Source: Chiloscyllium plagiosum
Lineage: Eukaryota
Direction of reading: 5' to 3'
Length of the DNA: 32,594 nucleotides
Assembly: GCF_004010195.1 (NCBI RefSeq)
Contig: NC_057753.1
Span: 6,271,680-6,304,273 of the forward strand
Below are positions 1 through 10,892 of this stretch, one piece after another. How positions within the stretch are numbered: position 1 is the stretch's first letter; every line of letters starts with the position of its first letter. The notes beneath the pieces are model-generated. The model was not told the DNA's origin. It saw only the letters and a program-made list of their open reading frames with translations, and did not search any database. The position numbers and the translations under genes are program-made.

Positions 1-445
1 ACCCATCTCTCTGCCATCTTTGGAGTTACTACTTCCCTGTAACTCTGATCTATGACCCCCTCTGCCTCCCGAATGATCCGAAGTTCATCCAACTCCAGCT
101 CCAGTTCCCTAACACGGTCTTGGAGGAGCTGGAGATGGGTGCACTTCCTGCAAGTGTAATCGGCAGGGACGTCGATGGCATCCCTCACCTCATACATGTT
201 GCAGGAGGAACATTGCACTGCCTTCACTGCCACCCTCTAAAGCTAACTTTTATTTAAAAAAAAAACTGGGTCTAAAGAATACAACAAGCAAAATTCAGCA
301 CTTACCTACTTACCACAACAGGTGTTATTATTAGGTTAGAGGAGGAGGGCGGGTGGGAGGCACTACCCGTGTTCCCTCAGTCTCCTGAACGTGAAATAAA
401 GAAAAGCTCCTGGCTTTCCCAAACTCTCCCTGTAACTCCGACCTG
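1..445 (-). mobile_element. 5' end of a relatively young CR1 LINE: 5' UTR and ORF1 N-terminus (233 to <1), running off the window
   Basis: Open frame from GTG at 233: VAVKAVQCSSCNMYEVRDAIDVPADYTCRKCTHLQLLQDRVRELELELDELRIIREAEGVIDQSYREVVTPKMAERW. CxxC...CxxC followed by a leucine-zipper-like segment is typical of CR1 ORF1p. Confidence 0.85.
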
Positions 446-451
446 AGTCTG

Positions 452-1181
452 GATAATATCCTTGTATATTTCTTCTGCACTTTTTCGAGTTTAATAACAT
501 CCTTCCTACAGCAAGGCCACCAAAACAGTGCTCCAAGTTAGGATTGAATAAAGTTATGTACAACTGCAACATAACGTCAGAACCTCTATACCGAGTGCCC
601 TGACTGATGACGTCCAGTACACAAATAGCCTTCTCCACTGCCCTATCTATCTGAGACTCACCTTACAGAGAACCGTGCACCTGAACTCCAGGTACCTTCT
701 GTTGAATTACATGCCTTAAGGCACTACCATTTACCATGAACCACGATATTTATTTGGCTTTCCAAAATGCGAGACCTCACACCTACGTATATTAAACTCC
801 ATTTGCCATTTCTCAGCCCAGCTGATTTACTTTCTGACAAACTTTCTGATAACCTGCACTGTTCACGATACTGCCTATTTTAGTTTCATCTTCAAATTTA
901 GTAATTATGCCTTGAACATTATCATCTAATTTATTGCTATAAGTATCAAACAGCATTGGTGAAGCACCAATCCCTGGGGTACCCGAACAGTAACACACCT
1001 CCATTCTGACAAGCATCTTTACACTATTTCACTCTGTTTCCTACGATCAAGACAATTGTGTGGCCAAGTTATTGGCTCCTCCTGAATTGCATGCCATTGG
1101 ACCTTTCATAGAAGCCTGCCATATGCAATCTTATCAAAGGACTTACTGAATTCCATATAGGCGCCTTCTAACACCCTGCCC
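452..1181 (-). mobile_element. Degenerate CR1 LINE ORF2 (RT C-terminal part)
   Basis: Translations IITKFEDETKIG (KFADDTKIG-like) and GTRYRGSDVMLQLYITLFNPNLEHC (CR1 C-terminal motif); many stops and frameshifts. Confidence 0.8.
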
Positions 1182-1460
1182 TGTTACAACACGGACTAAA
1201 CTATCTTGCTTAACTTGAAACCAGCAACACAGAATGTATTTATCCCGTGCAATGATATTTAAGCATTCAAGCGGCGAAGAAGTACATGATGTGAAAAGTG
1301 GCAGTTTTATTTCTTCAAATATAAAAGAGAATAGTTAACTAGCCACTATTTACAATTTATTTCTCTAACTTATTGTTACCATTCATTCTATAAAGCTACT
1401 CCGATAAATCTCCCAATTAAGATTCACAAAACAATATTTTTTTATCTCAAAAATACAGTT
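1182..1460 (-). mobile_element. Probable LTR 3' end fragment in reverse orientation
   Basis: Begins abruptly with TGTTACA (reverse complement TGTAACA, LTR-end-like) interrupting the CR1. AT-rich and non-coding, loosely resembling 30140-30350. Confidence 0.4.
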
Positions 1461-1537
1461 TGGAAATGCCAGTGTTGGACTGGGGAGTACAAAGTTAAAA
1501 TTAACACAACACCAAGTTATAATCCAATAGGTTTAAT

Positions 1538-1583
1538 TGGAAGCAAACTAGCTTTCGGAGAGACGCTCCTTCATCAGATGATA
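1538..1583 (-). ncRNA. Minimal hammerhead ribozyme motif (Penelope-associated), inverted copy
   Basis: Minus strand reads CTGATGA-a-GGAG cgtct CTCC-GAAA-GCTAGTTTGCTTC; stem II and stem III (AGC/GCT) can pair. Confidence 0.65.
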
Positions 1584-1814
1584 GTGGATGGCTCAATCCT
1601 AAAACACAGAATTTATTCAAAAATTGACAGTGTGATATAACTGAAATTATACATTGAAAAAATGATTGTCGGATGGGTCTTTCATCTGTTTGAATACCAT
1701 GATAACAAACAGAAGAAAGACTCAACAGACAATCAGTTTTTCAATATATAATTTCAGTTACATCACACTGGCAATTTTTTCTATAACTTCTGTGTGTTAG
1801 GATTGAGCCCTCTG

Positions 1815-1860
1815 CTATCACCTGATGAAGGAGCGACGCTCTGAAAGCTAGTGTGCCTCC
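1815..1860 (+). ncRNA. Minimal hammerhead ribozyme motif (Penelope-associated)
   Basis: CTGATGA (1822-1828), stem II GGAGC/GCTCT, GAAA (1843-1846), then short stem III GCTAGTGTGC. Confidence 0.65.
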
Positions 1861-1909
1861 AATTAAACCTGTTGGACTATAACCTGGTGTTGTGTGATTA
1901 TAACTTTGT

Positions 1910-4435
1910 TGATAAGGTGTTAGTGTTACTTCTAGTGATCAGTGAACCTTTAATACGAAGTTTTAGAAGATCTTATCAAACTGAAAGAAGATTGAGGAAG
2001 TTGCACTGTTTGATAATGAATCCAGCCCGAAAGAAATCTCTCAGAGTCTGTCAAATAAATAGATTCAAAATGTAGTTTTGAAGGGTAAGAAAAGCCAAAG
2101 GTGACTGTGTTATTAGGTGCAACACAGGAAGAAAAAGCAAGTTTAAAGGATTCTGAATTGGGTATTCTTCAAAGTAAATTGACGAAAGAGCATGTTGGCA
2201 ATAATTGGTGCAAATTATTATGTCACATTCCAGAGGAAAATCGAAATGACCGCAAAGATTTACTACTATCGCATGGGAAGATATGTGGAAATAAGTTGGG
2301 ACGTACTAACCTAATTATGAATGATGTAAATATAGGATATGCTGTTCTGATTACGTAACATATTTGTAGGAATGACCTTCTAAAGTTGGTACTTTAGGGT
2401 TCAAAAGGAGATTGAATGAATGCCCCAAGACTTCATATTTGAAGTGAGTTATAGCGACTGGAGTTCACCCATAGTTATGGTGCCAAAAGTATATGGTATC
2501 CAACAGTTACATGTGGATTATTGCAAAGTCAATAGAGTTTCAAAGTCTGATGCGTATCCGATTCTGTGTCTGGAAGACTGTGTTGAGAAGGTGGGAAAAG
2601 CACACTTAAATTTCTAAGGTGGAATTGCTCAAAGGATACTGGCAGATACCTCTGTCAGAAAGATCAAAGGCACTTTCAGATTTCACAGCTGAAAATTGAT
2701 TAATCAGCTTAAAATCATGCCATTTTTAATGGAAAATGCGTCATCCACATTTCACGAGTCTATCCAGAAGTTCATTGCTGGATTATCCTATTGTATTGTA
2801 CATACAGAGAACCTCGTGATTTTTAATTAGACATGGAAGGAACATTTGCAAAATTTATCAGAGTTGTTCCAGCGACTTCAGAAAATAGATTTGTTGAGAA
2901 ACGAGACGAAAAGTGAATTTGCCAAGGTTCAAATCACCTTCCTGAGCCATGTTACTAGACATGGACAAGTAGACCCACGACATGCAAAACCAAAGGTAAT
3001 TGGGGAGTTTTCCATGTCATTGACAAAAGAAAAGTATTCCAGTTCTTCCACTGAGTGTAATATTTCCACGGTTCGTTCAAAATTTTAGCAGTGTGGCTGC
3101 TCCATTCACTGAGTTGCTGAAGAAAGGCAAGAGGTTTCCGAGGGCAGCAGACTTTCACAAGACATTTAATACCCTGAAAGCTGTGTTAAACAATGCCGCA
3201 GTAATAGCCACATAAAATTACAGAAAGCCATTCAAGGTGGCTATTGATGCAAGTGATGCCTGTGTTGATGCTGCACTGTTGCAGGAAGATGATAAGAAGA
3301 TAGAAAGACCTGTTGGGTATTTTTCCAGAAAATTGAAAATTCATCAGCAGAAATAATCAACAATTGAGAAGGAGACTTTGAGCTTGTTGTTGGTGTTGCA
3401 ACATTGCAATGTTTATGTTATCACTAACGTAGTTGAGGTAATCATACAGCAATTGACCACCCATTTGTTTGTTGAGAAATTTAAGGGAAAAAAAGGCCAT
3501 AATGTAATCTATTGGTGCAGCCCTTGAATTTGAATATGGTGCATGCTTCAGGACGAGAAAATGTAATTGCTAATACATTGTCGAGACTTGAATGGCAAAT
3601 GGATCCGTTCAATGGCAGGAGTAAAACAGACTCAAACTGATATAGCAATGCATGTTTGCATGTATCTCGTCAATGTAGTGTATATGTATGTTATAGAGTA
3701 CTTACATTTTAGAACTCCAGTGTTTTAAAATGAAACCATCTTTGAATATTGATGGGTTTACATTTATTTAAGGGGTGACGTGTGATAATGGGTCTCCTTT
3801 AAAAAGGTTATTTTGCCCTTGCTTCCTTTCAGGAGATTTTAAAAGACACAGTTTCCAAATGATCTGGACTTGGATAAGTGTTCAGCCCAATTTGATTATC
3901 ACTAACCTAACACAACCTCACGCAAAAAGGTTTCAAGTTAAAAAAATACACTTGCACAATGAAAGAGGAGTGGCCAGCTCTGCCAGCTCAGCTCTTCTCA
4001 GGTTTGATTTTGTTTTTGGCAGTCTCACTATTTATTGAAATCAGGCAGGCTGTCTTGAAGCTGCTGGACCCAAAGAAGCCTATCCGTGCTAACCCCTGCT
4101 GTCGCTCACTTCTCTTCTGTAAAACTTTGTTTTTGATTTTATCTTTTGTGTGAAGGCATATTTGTGGGAATTGTTGAAATTATTGGGAATATCGTCAGTA
4201 ATTTGGGATAATATTTTCAGGTTTCGGATAGGTTAAGTTATTTCGTAATCTGATCTCTTTTGTTTGCGTTATTTTAGGTGTTATTATAAATAAATTATGT
4301 TTTGTTTAGAACTAAGTGGTTTAACCAACTGCATCACTATTGGTTTATACGCATACACCTGCTTTAAACAAGTGGATTTCGGGGTTGGGCCACTTTCCAG
4401 AAATGTTTAGAGGTGATATTGACTGGCAAATAGCA
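1910..4435 (+). mobile_element. Gmr1-like Ty3/gypsy LTR retrotransposon 'A', 3' part: integrase C-terminus, RT, RNase H, PPT, 3' LTR (3781-4435); degenerate
   Basis: In order: DKVLVLLLVISEPLIRSFRRSYQTERRL (GPY/F region after the integrase core), DWSSPIVMVPK, VDYCKVN, DAYP, KGYWQIPL, YIENLVIF (decayed YIDD), PFKVAIDASD, RPVGYFSRKL, GRENVIANTLSR. Then purine-rich AAGGGG and an LTR from TGTGATAATG to ATAGCA. Confidence 0.85.
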
Positions 4436-6313
4436 GCGTTTGTTAAGAAAAATCCACCAGCTACATTTCACAGACAAACCAATGAAGTCATTTCTGATCA
4501 CTCAGTTATTTTATATACATTAATGTCCTGGTAATTTTCAGTCAGATTAGTAGAGTTATTAGGCATTTTCGATCGACTTCAAGATACAGGCTTGGTGATA
4601 GACCAGGCTAAAACTGAAATTGCCAAAACCCAAGTGACCTTCCTTCATGTTATCGGATATGGTCAGACGGCCCCATGGAATGAGAAAACGTTGAAGATCC
4701 TAGTGTTTCGCATGCCATCACCGAGACGAGCAGCAGTACGCTGCAATTAGGTAAATTGTTCCGAAATTCCTCGCTAATTTTAACAATGTGGCTGCACCAC
4801 TTTTGAAGTAGTAATGAAATGCAAGTAGTGTAAGTAGACAAAAAACTGTTATCAGTCATTTGACAGCCTGGAACCTATGTTAACCATTGCCCCAGGACTT
4901 GGCAAAAATAATAAAGCAAAGCCATTAAAAGTAGTTATCAATATTAGTGATATAGGTCACGTTGTTATACTACTGCAAGGAGATGGTGAGAAGATAAAAA
5001 GAAACTTTCGTATATATACTCAGAAAATTGAACATTAATCAATAGAAATACTCGATAATTCAGAAGGCGAGTTTGAGCTTTGTGTTGGCGTTTTGTTGCT
5101 AGTAATTGTCTGAAATGATCATATGCATTGATCATTTCAGTATTTACAGAAATTTAAGGGCAAAAATTCCAGACTGTATAAATGGAAACTATTTTTGCAC
5201 CTATTCGGTTTGAAACTGCACATTTGGCAGGGCAATAAAACATAATGTCCGATGCAATGTCGAATCTTGGATGACAAACATATCTTCGTTAGCAGGAGTA
5301 AACAGAATGAAACAGAAGGTAGTGGAGTGTTCGCATTGTTATGGCGAATTTATGCAGGGTAAGTCTAGCGGATTTCCAAATTTAGCAATCTTTCTCCATT
5401 GAGGGTTTATTTGTAAGAAGTGAGGTGGTATGGCGATGCTGTCCCCTTAACAATATTATTCTGTCCTTGTGTTTTTTCTTTCAAGGTGGTAATAAAACAA
5501 AGATCTTGGAACGAATGCAATTAGGTATTTTATACAATTTCATGGAAATGGTTGGTTCTCACACTTCAGGTTTTGTTTTCTGGATTGGTTTGATTTAGCA
5601 AGTCAGAAGCTGCTACAATGAAAAGAGATTCCAAACTTCAGATGATGTTCCTTGTCTAACTCTCTCCCTGCAATCTCTTCTAACGGAAAGAACCTATGTT
5701 TGAATGAAACTTTTTGTGAACGAGTGTTTTTATAGGATGTTGCAGGAATTGGAAGAACTTTGTAAAGATGTGATATAATGTCAATTAGGTTTACACATAG
5801 TTATGACGTTTTAATTCCATTTTTCATTTGTTCGTGTATTAAACATCGTGTTTAACTAAATTCGGTCATAGTTGGGGTGGCATGGGAGCTCAGTGCTTTG
5901 CGCTGCTGTCTCACAGCCCCATGGTCACAGGTTTAATTCCAGTTTGGGGGGCCTGAATGTGTACAGTTTTCACGTTCTCCTCGTGCCTGCGTGGGTTCCC
6001 TCGAGGTGCTCTGGTTTACTCCCAAAGTCCAAAGTTGTGCGGGTCAGGTGAATTGGCCATATTAAATTGCACATAGTTTTGGGTGCTTTAGTCGGAGGGA
6101 ATTGGGTCGAGGTGGGTTCCTCTATGGAGGGTTGGTGGGGCCGAAGTGCCTGTTTCTGTACCGTACATAATCAAATCAATTACCAGCCAAAATGTTTGAT
6201 CAACTGCATCTCACCTGGAATACCGACTGTACATCTGCGTAAAAAATACCAAATAGTTAAAGTCTAGGCTACCTTCTTAAAATATTTTGAGAGCTCTGGA
6301 CTGGTTCATAACA
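4436..6313 (+). mobile_element. Gmr1-like LTR retrotransposon 'B', 3' part: RT/RNase H remnant, PPT and 3' LTR (5429-6313, interrupted by a SINE)
   Basis: KKNPPATFHRQTNEVIS...YINVLVIFS, collinear with 2720-3600 of element A. PPT-like AAGAAGTGAGGTGG at 5415-5428. LTR ends CATAACA at 6313, followed by AAAT. Confidence 0.8.
5874..6180 (+). mobile_element. tRNA-derived SINE (HE1-like), degenerate, inserted in the LTR of element B
   Basis: A-box-like GGAGCTCAGTG and B-box-like GGTTTAATTCC, body GTGAATTGGCCAT; homologous to the reverse complement of 7478-7780. Confidence 0.8.
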
Positions 6314-7477
6314 AAATGTAAATTCGTTCTCCAAATCCACCAGATCGTCTTTACTGTAAGCCGTCAACATAGCCATTAAAATTTGATGTCAATGTTCTAA
6401 GCTCTCTGGGAGTATAGCTGCTACGTGGTGGCATGCATTGTTTTATTCTTATTCTATCCATAACTTCTCTAACTAATTGTGATAAAAGAAAACTGAACCC
6501 TAACCCGATTGTATCACTGTGGTAATCGATATTTTGTGAAACTACTCAATAACTCTTCTACTTTCCTCTTAGCTTTGGTATTGCATCAATAAATTTTCGC
6601 TGAAAATCTTGGGGACATGTTCATTATGATCAGCATATACTTATTCTCAAGTTTTATTTTTGGTTGGATTTCCACAGAATCATTTAAGACGCTTATGAAA
6701 AGTTAATCAGATGCAGGAATGGCAATTAGCAATAATGGTTTCAACGGTCTATGAGGTTTTCTTTTTACCTGGCACATTTAACAAATCCAGCAAAATTAAA
6801 CTACATCCTTATGTGGTCCAGACAAATAGATTTTTTTTTTTGCGAGTTTTGCCTTATGTTTTCCTTTCTCCCAAATAGTCACCTTTTGATAATTCACGTA
6901 ATATGCTCAAAAATGCCTCTCTATGAAACACCAGTAAAACAACTTGATGAGTTCATGCGTATTTTGCATCTGCCTGAATATGTGATGATCTCCTTTCCAT
7001 CGTCAAGACTGTATTTTTAAGACGATATTCCAGAATACACACAGATTCTTATTTGATGTACGCCTTTTGATAGAACTGTTCAGTTTTTCATCTGCATATT
7101 TGAAGTCCGGTAACAACACTGAATTAAAAATACACACTTTGTCCTCCTCCAGATTTTTTAAATTTTCTCAATCGTTTGACTAAACATGGTCTTTGATTGT
7201 TGTACTTCGACTGCCTTAACTTTATTCTTTGAGTCTCCTTCTACATCACATTGTGAATTTGTGACCTTGATTTCGCAGTCAGAAGATATCTCAGGGTATA
7301 CATTCTGAAGTACTTCATTTGCCTGATATTCCACTTGCTTTTATTCTGCAAGAGGTAGGACACACACGTCTAATCCAGTTTTATAATTACCAAGGACATC
7401 TCTTAAATTGTCAGTTCTTCACCTTCTTCTCCTGGCATATACGAGTAAAAATCATCATCACAATTAAAATCTTTGAG

Positions 7478-7780
7478 GATTAGATTACTTACAGTGTGGA
7501 AACAGGCCCTTCGGCCCAACAAGTCCACACCGACCCGCAACCAACCTCTACCCCAACATTTACCCCTATATCTAACACTACGGGCAATTTAGCATGGCCA
7601 ATTCACCTGACCTGCACATCTTTGTGACTGTGGGAGGAAACCGGAGCACTCAGAGAAAACCCATGCAGACACGGGGAGAATGTGCAAACCCCTCACAGTC
7701 AGTCGCCTGAGTCGGGAATTAAACCCAGGTCTCTGGCGCTGTGAGGCAGCAGTGTTAACCACTGTGCCACCGTGCCGCTC
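7478..7780 (-). mobile_element. tRNA-derived SINE (HE1-like), full length
   Basis: Minus strand starts GCGGCACGGTGGCACAGTGGTTAACAC (A box) with GGTTTAATTCCC (B box) and ends in a CR1-like tail CCTGTTTCCACACTGTAAGTAATCTAATC. Close match to 15366-15670. Confidence 0.9.
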
Positions 7781-8123
7781 ACATCTGCTACTTTCTTCCC
7801 AATCAACCCCTGAATAAGTTGCATATTTTGGTGCAGTTTCCTCTGTAATTTCATTTGTTAATTAAACAAAACTTACTGATTTTTCCTATTTTTCCACATC
7901 CGTATTCTCTGTTCTTTTTTTTACTAAAACGTCAACACTGCGACTTCATGAAGCCTACTTAATTGCTGTGGAAATAGCTGAGCAGGTTTACTTATCATTC
8001 TTGCAAATGATTTCGGCTTTACCCTGTGGTAAACTAGCTTTAATATTCTTTTTAGACAAGATATGCCAGGCAAGTTGGTACCGTTTACTTTTTATCTCTA
8101 GCTGGTAACGTTAGGTTCTGTCT

Positions 8124-8258
8124 GCTCATTCCTGAAGAAGTGCCTGTGCCCGAAACGTCGAATCTCCTGTTCCCTGGATGCTGCCTGACCTGCTGTGCTG
8201 TTCCAGCAATAAAGTTTCAACTTTGATCTCCAGCATCTGCAGACTCACTTTCTCCTCC
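8124..8258 (+). mobile_element. Penelope-like element terminal fragment with hammerhead motif
   Basis: CTGAAGA(8132-8138)...CGAAACGTCG, then GATGCTGCCTGACCTGCTGTG, AATAAA and CCAGCATCTGCAG; related to the minus-strand copy at about 12342-12435. Confidence 0.7.
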
Positions 8259-8620
8259 TTCTAATGTTTTATAATTACAATGAAATCTATATCTGTGATT
8301 ATTTAAATAATTGATCAATATTGTAAATAATTTCAGAGAGACAGATAATATCTGCAAGATAACTTAAGATGCAGTTTCCCAGGTTGAACAAATTTTTAAT
8401 GAGACCAGATGTAATTAGTTGCTCTAGTTTTTCTTCACAATTTTTCAACGTTTTTACTTAACGTGTTTTTTCTTAACGTCATAATTTCCTTTATGCTTGC
8501 CAACAAAACTTCCAAATGCTCTTTTTATTAATTTTTGTGTCTCTGTCTTTGCATCCTTTGGGATCTTTCCATTCAGATAACGCTTTCTGTTGCATCAGAT
8601 TAATCCCTTCCTCAAATGTA

Positions 8621-9099
8621 CATAGAACATATAACATAGAAGAATACAGCGCAACACAGGCCCTTCGGCCCTCGATGTTGCGTCGATCCAAGCCCTCCTA
8701 ACCTACACTAGCCCACTATCCTCCATATGCCTATCCAATGCCCGCTTAAATGCCCATAAAGAGGGAGTGTCCACCACTACTACTGGCAGGGCATTCCATG
8801 AACTCACGACTCGCTGAGTAAAGAACTTACCCCTAACATCTGNNNNNNNNNNNNNNNNNNNNNNNNNNNNNNNNNNNNNNNNNNNNNNNNNNNNNNNNNN
8901 NNNNNNNNNNNNNNATAAAAGCCAGTACGCCACATGCCTTCCTCACCGCACTGTTTACCTGGGTGGCAACTTTCAAAGATCTGTGTACATGGACACCAAG
9001 ATCCCTCTGCTCATCCACACTACCAAGTATCCGACCATTAGCCCAGTACCCCATCTTTTTGTTACTCTTATCAAAGTGAATCACCTCACACTTAGCTAC
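8621..9099 (-). mobile_element. Young 5'-truncated CR1 LINE 3' end containing an assembly gap
   Basis: MIHFDKSNKK...QRDLGVHVHRSLKVATQV and DVRGKFFTQRVVSSWNALP; (TTCTATG)-type tail at 8621-8645. Confidence 0.88.
8843..8914. other. Assembly gap (72 N)
   Basis: Run of N in the sequence. Confidence 1.
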
Positions 9100-10278
9100 T
9101 TTTGGTTTTGTTGAAGAAGGCTTTTACAATTTCGGCTACTGGTGTCCCTTAAAAATAGACTGTTCCAGCAGACTCTTCTGTAATTTGTAGCAGCTTTTAT
9201 GGAAAGAAAGCAGAGTTAAAGAATTGGTTGTAGTGCTAACGCCCTGCGAGGATAATTTGACTGTTGCTATTCCACATTCCTTCTGAATTAGTCCCACATT
9301 TTAGGTTTTCTGCTAATTGATTTTTTTAAAAATTCGATTGTAACAGCCTCCGTCACATATGCAGATCCTAATCAAATGCTATTTTTAAATGTTTTTGTCG
9401 TTTTAAATTGCGTATATTATCAATTTCCTTTGGTCATTGTGTGTTGGTTCAGATCGCTTGGCCAAGTGGAGCATTATAACTGTTCTGTACTGGAGCTTGT
9501 TGCATTTTAAAAGCTTTGCCAAGAAAGATTGAATTAATTCACCTGCAAGTTTTTGAGGATCTCAGCTAAAAATAATTAAGTAGAACTCCTATTCATTTGA
9601 AAAGGTATATTTTATTATAGTTCAACAAAAGATACACCGGTTCTTATAAATGTAAGTCGCATTAAGTCACACTCAGACAGTTCTTGAAATATAAAACTTG
9701 AAAGCCACAACAACAGAGGTTTACCCCACTCAACCCTCGATTCAGATGAGATCGCCCTGCCGTCTATTTACTGCTAACATAAACATTTCGTCGAAAGTAA
9801 GTCGATGTTTATGAATTAACTCCGTTATATGTTCATTGCCACAACAAATTGACCTGGAGTAAATATGGTACCGAAATTGAATGCATATCTCAGAGACTGG
9901 CGTGTGAGAAATGGGTGTTCTTGCATAAGACAAGAGCAAGAAACGTCTGTAAGGATTCAGACAAAGAAAACCCGAAATATGTGCTCTTAGCATCTTTTAT
10001 GGATAATTATTGCACGATGCACATTCAGAAGTAAATACGTTATCAGGGGTCCTAGATTTGGTAGAGTGCAATGAGCAGAGTTAGTTCATGTGACTGGGTA
10101 GAAATGGAGTCTTAAGGTATCAGTGAACAATTTGTGTTTGATAGGGAGGGAAGGGAAGGGAAGACAGAAGTTTTTGTTTTCATGCGAAGAAAGCCAAATT
10201 GCAAGCATACAAAGGTAGTTAAAGAGAGATGAATAAGAATTCGGTCTGTAACCGAGTATAGTCGCTTAATTCCAAAGG

Positions 10279-10475
10279 ACCACAGGGTTGCTGTCTCATT
10301 ATAATGAGACATCTGTTGGTGGTTTAATTTACTGGAAAATCAGCACATCTCAGGCAACGGAAAATGTTTAAAAGGTGAGCCCTGCCCGTAAGCACAGCCT
10401 GTGTGGTGATTAAACTTACACAGTTGGCATGCTCTGCATTACTAACCAGCTTTCCATGCAACCTATCGAGCTGAG
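10279..10475 (-). mobile_element. Degenerate tRNA-derived SINE of a second family
   Basis: Minus strand has a tRNA-like head (AGCTCGATAGG...GCTGGTTAGTAATGCAGAG...GTTTAATC) followed by a body distinct from HE1; recognised by eye only. Confidence 0.45.
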
Positions 10476-10892
10476 TGGACAAACATTTAATGAGATATGT
10501 CAAGCAATGCCACAAAGCTACATTTCTCTGAAAGAAAGACTGAGACTAACGAAGTAACTATCCTCAGCTCAATAATGATTTAAAGAATGGCATTGACTTG
10601 AATTAAAAAATAAGTTCAAGTCTGCGAAGATAGTTGCTAGCTCTGAAGATCGGAGCCAAAATCATAAAAAATGAGTTGTGGAACTAAATAAGACTTTTGG
10701 ACTCTGTAATATGGCCGTTTAGTATGATTAATCTAGAAATTGCCTGTACTGAAATGATCATGATGCAAATTCAGATGGGAGTAACGTGAGAGAGATGCAT
10801 TGAAATGAAAAATAAAGCACGATTCAATAGACTGGAACAGTAGCATCGAAGACAGAGTAGGATTTTATTGACCTTTCGGATAATCATGAATT

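Larger units (their letters stand above)
1461..1909. repeat. Long imperfect palindrome of two inverted Penelope-like terminal repeats (arms about 1489-1692 and 1706-1909)
   Basis: ACAAAGTTAAAATTAACACAACACC at 1489 pairs with GGTGTTGTGTGATTATAACTTTGT ending at 1909. The ORFs on opposite strands share QLNLLDYNLVLC. Each arm contains a hammerhead core. Confidence 0.85.
6314..9330 (-). mobile_element. Gmr1-like element 'C', 5' part: decayed gag and integrase N-terminal/core region, interrupted by SINE, Penelope and CR1 inserts
   Basis: Minus strand: decayed zinc knuckle YFHSN*VGFMKSQC (about 7935-7975, homologous to 32498-32540), HHCC-region remnant at about 6760-6960, DSVEIQPKIKLENKYMLIIMNMSPRFS and LMAMLTAYSKDDLVDLENEFTF ending at 6314. 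The right boundary is uncertain and no 5' LTR was identified. Confidence 0.7.

Noticed and set aside
3781..6313. LTRs at 3781 and 5429 as the paired LTRs of one element
   Set aside because: Each is preceded by its own RNase H and PPT, so both are 3' LTRs of different elements; their internal spacing also differs.
9730..9775. Primer-binding site and 5' LTR of element C
   Set aside because: Too decayed; no convincing match to the putative LTR at 30140-30849.
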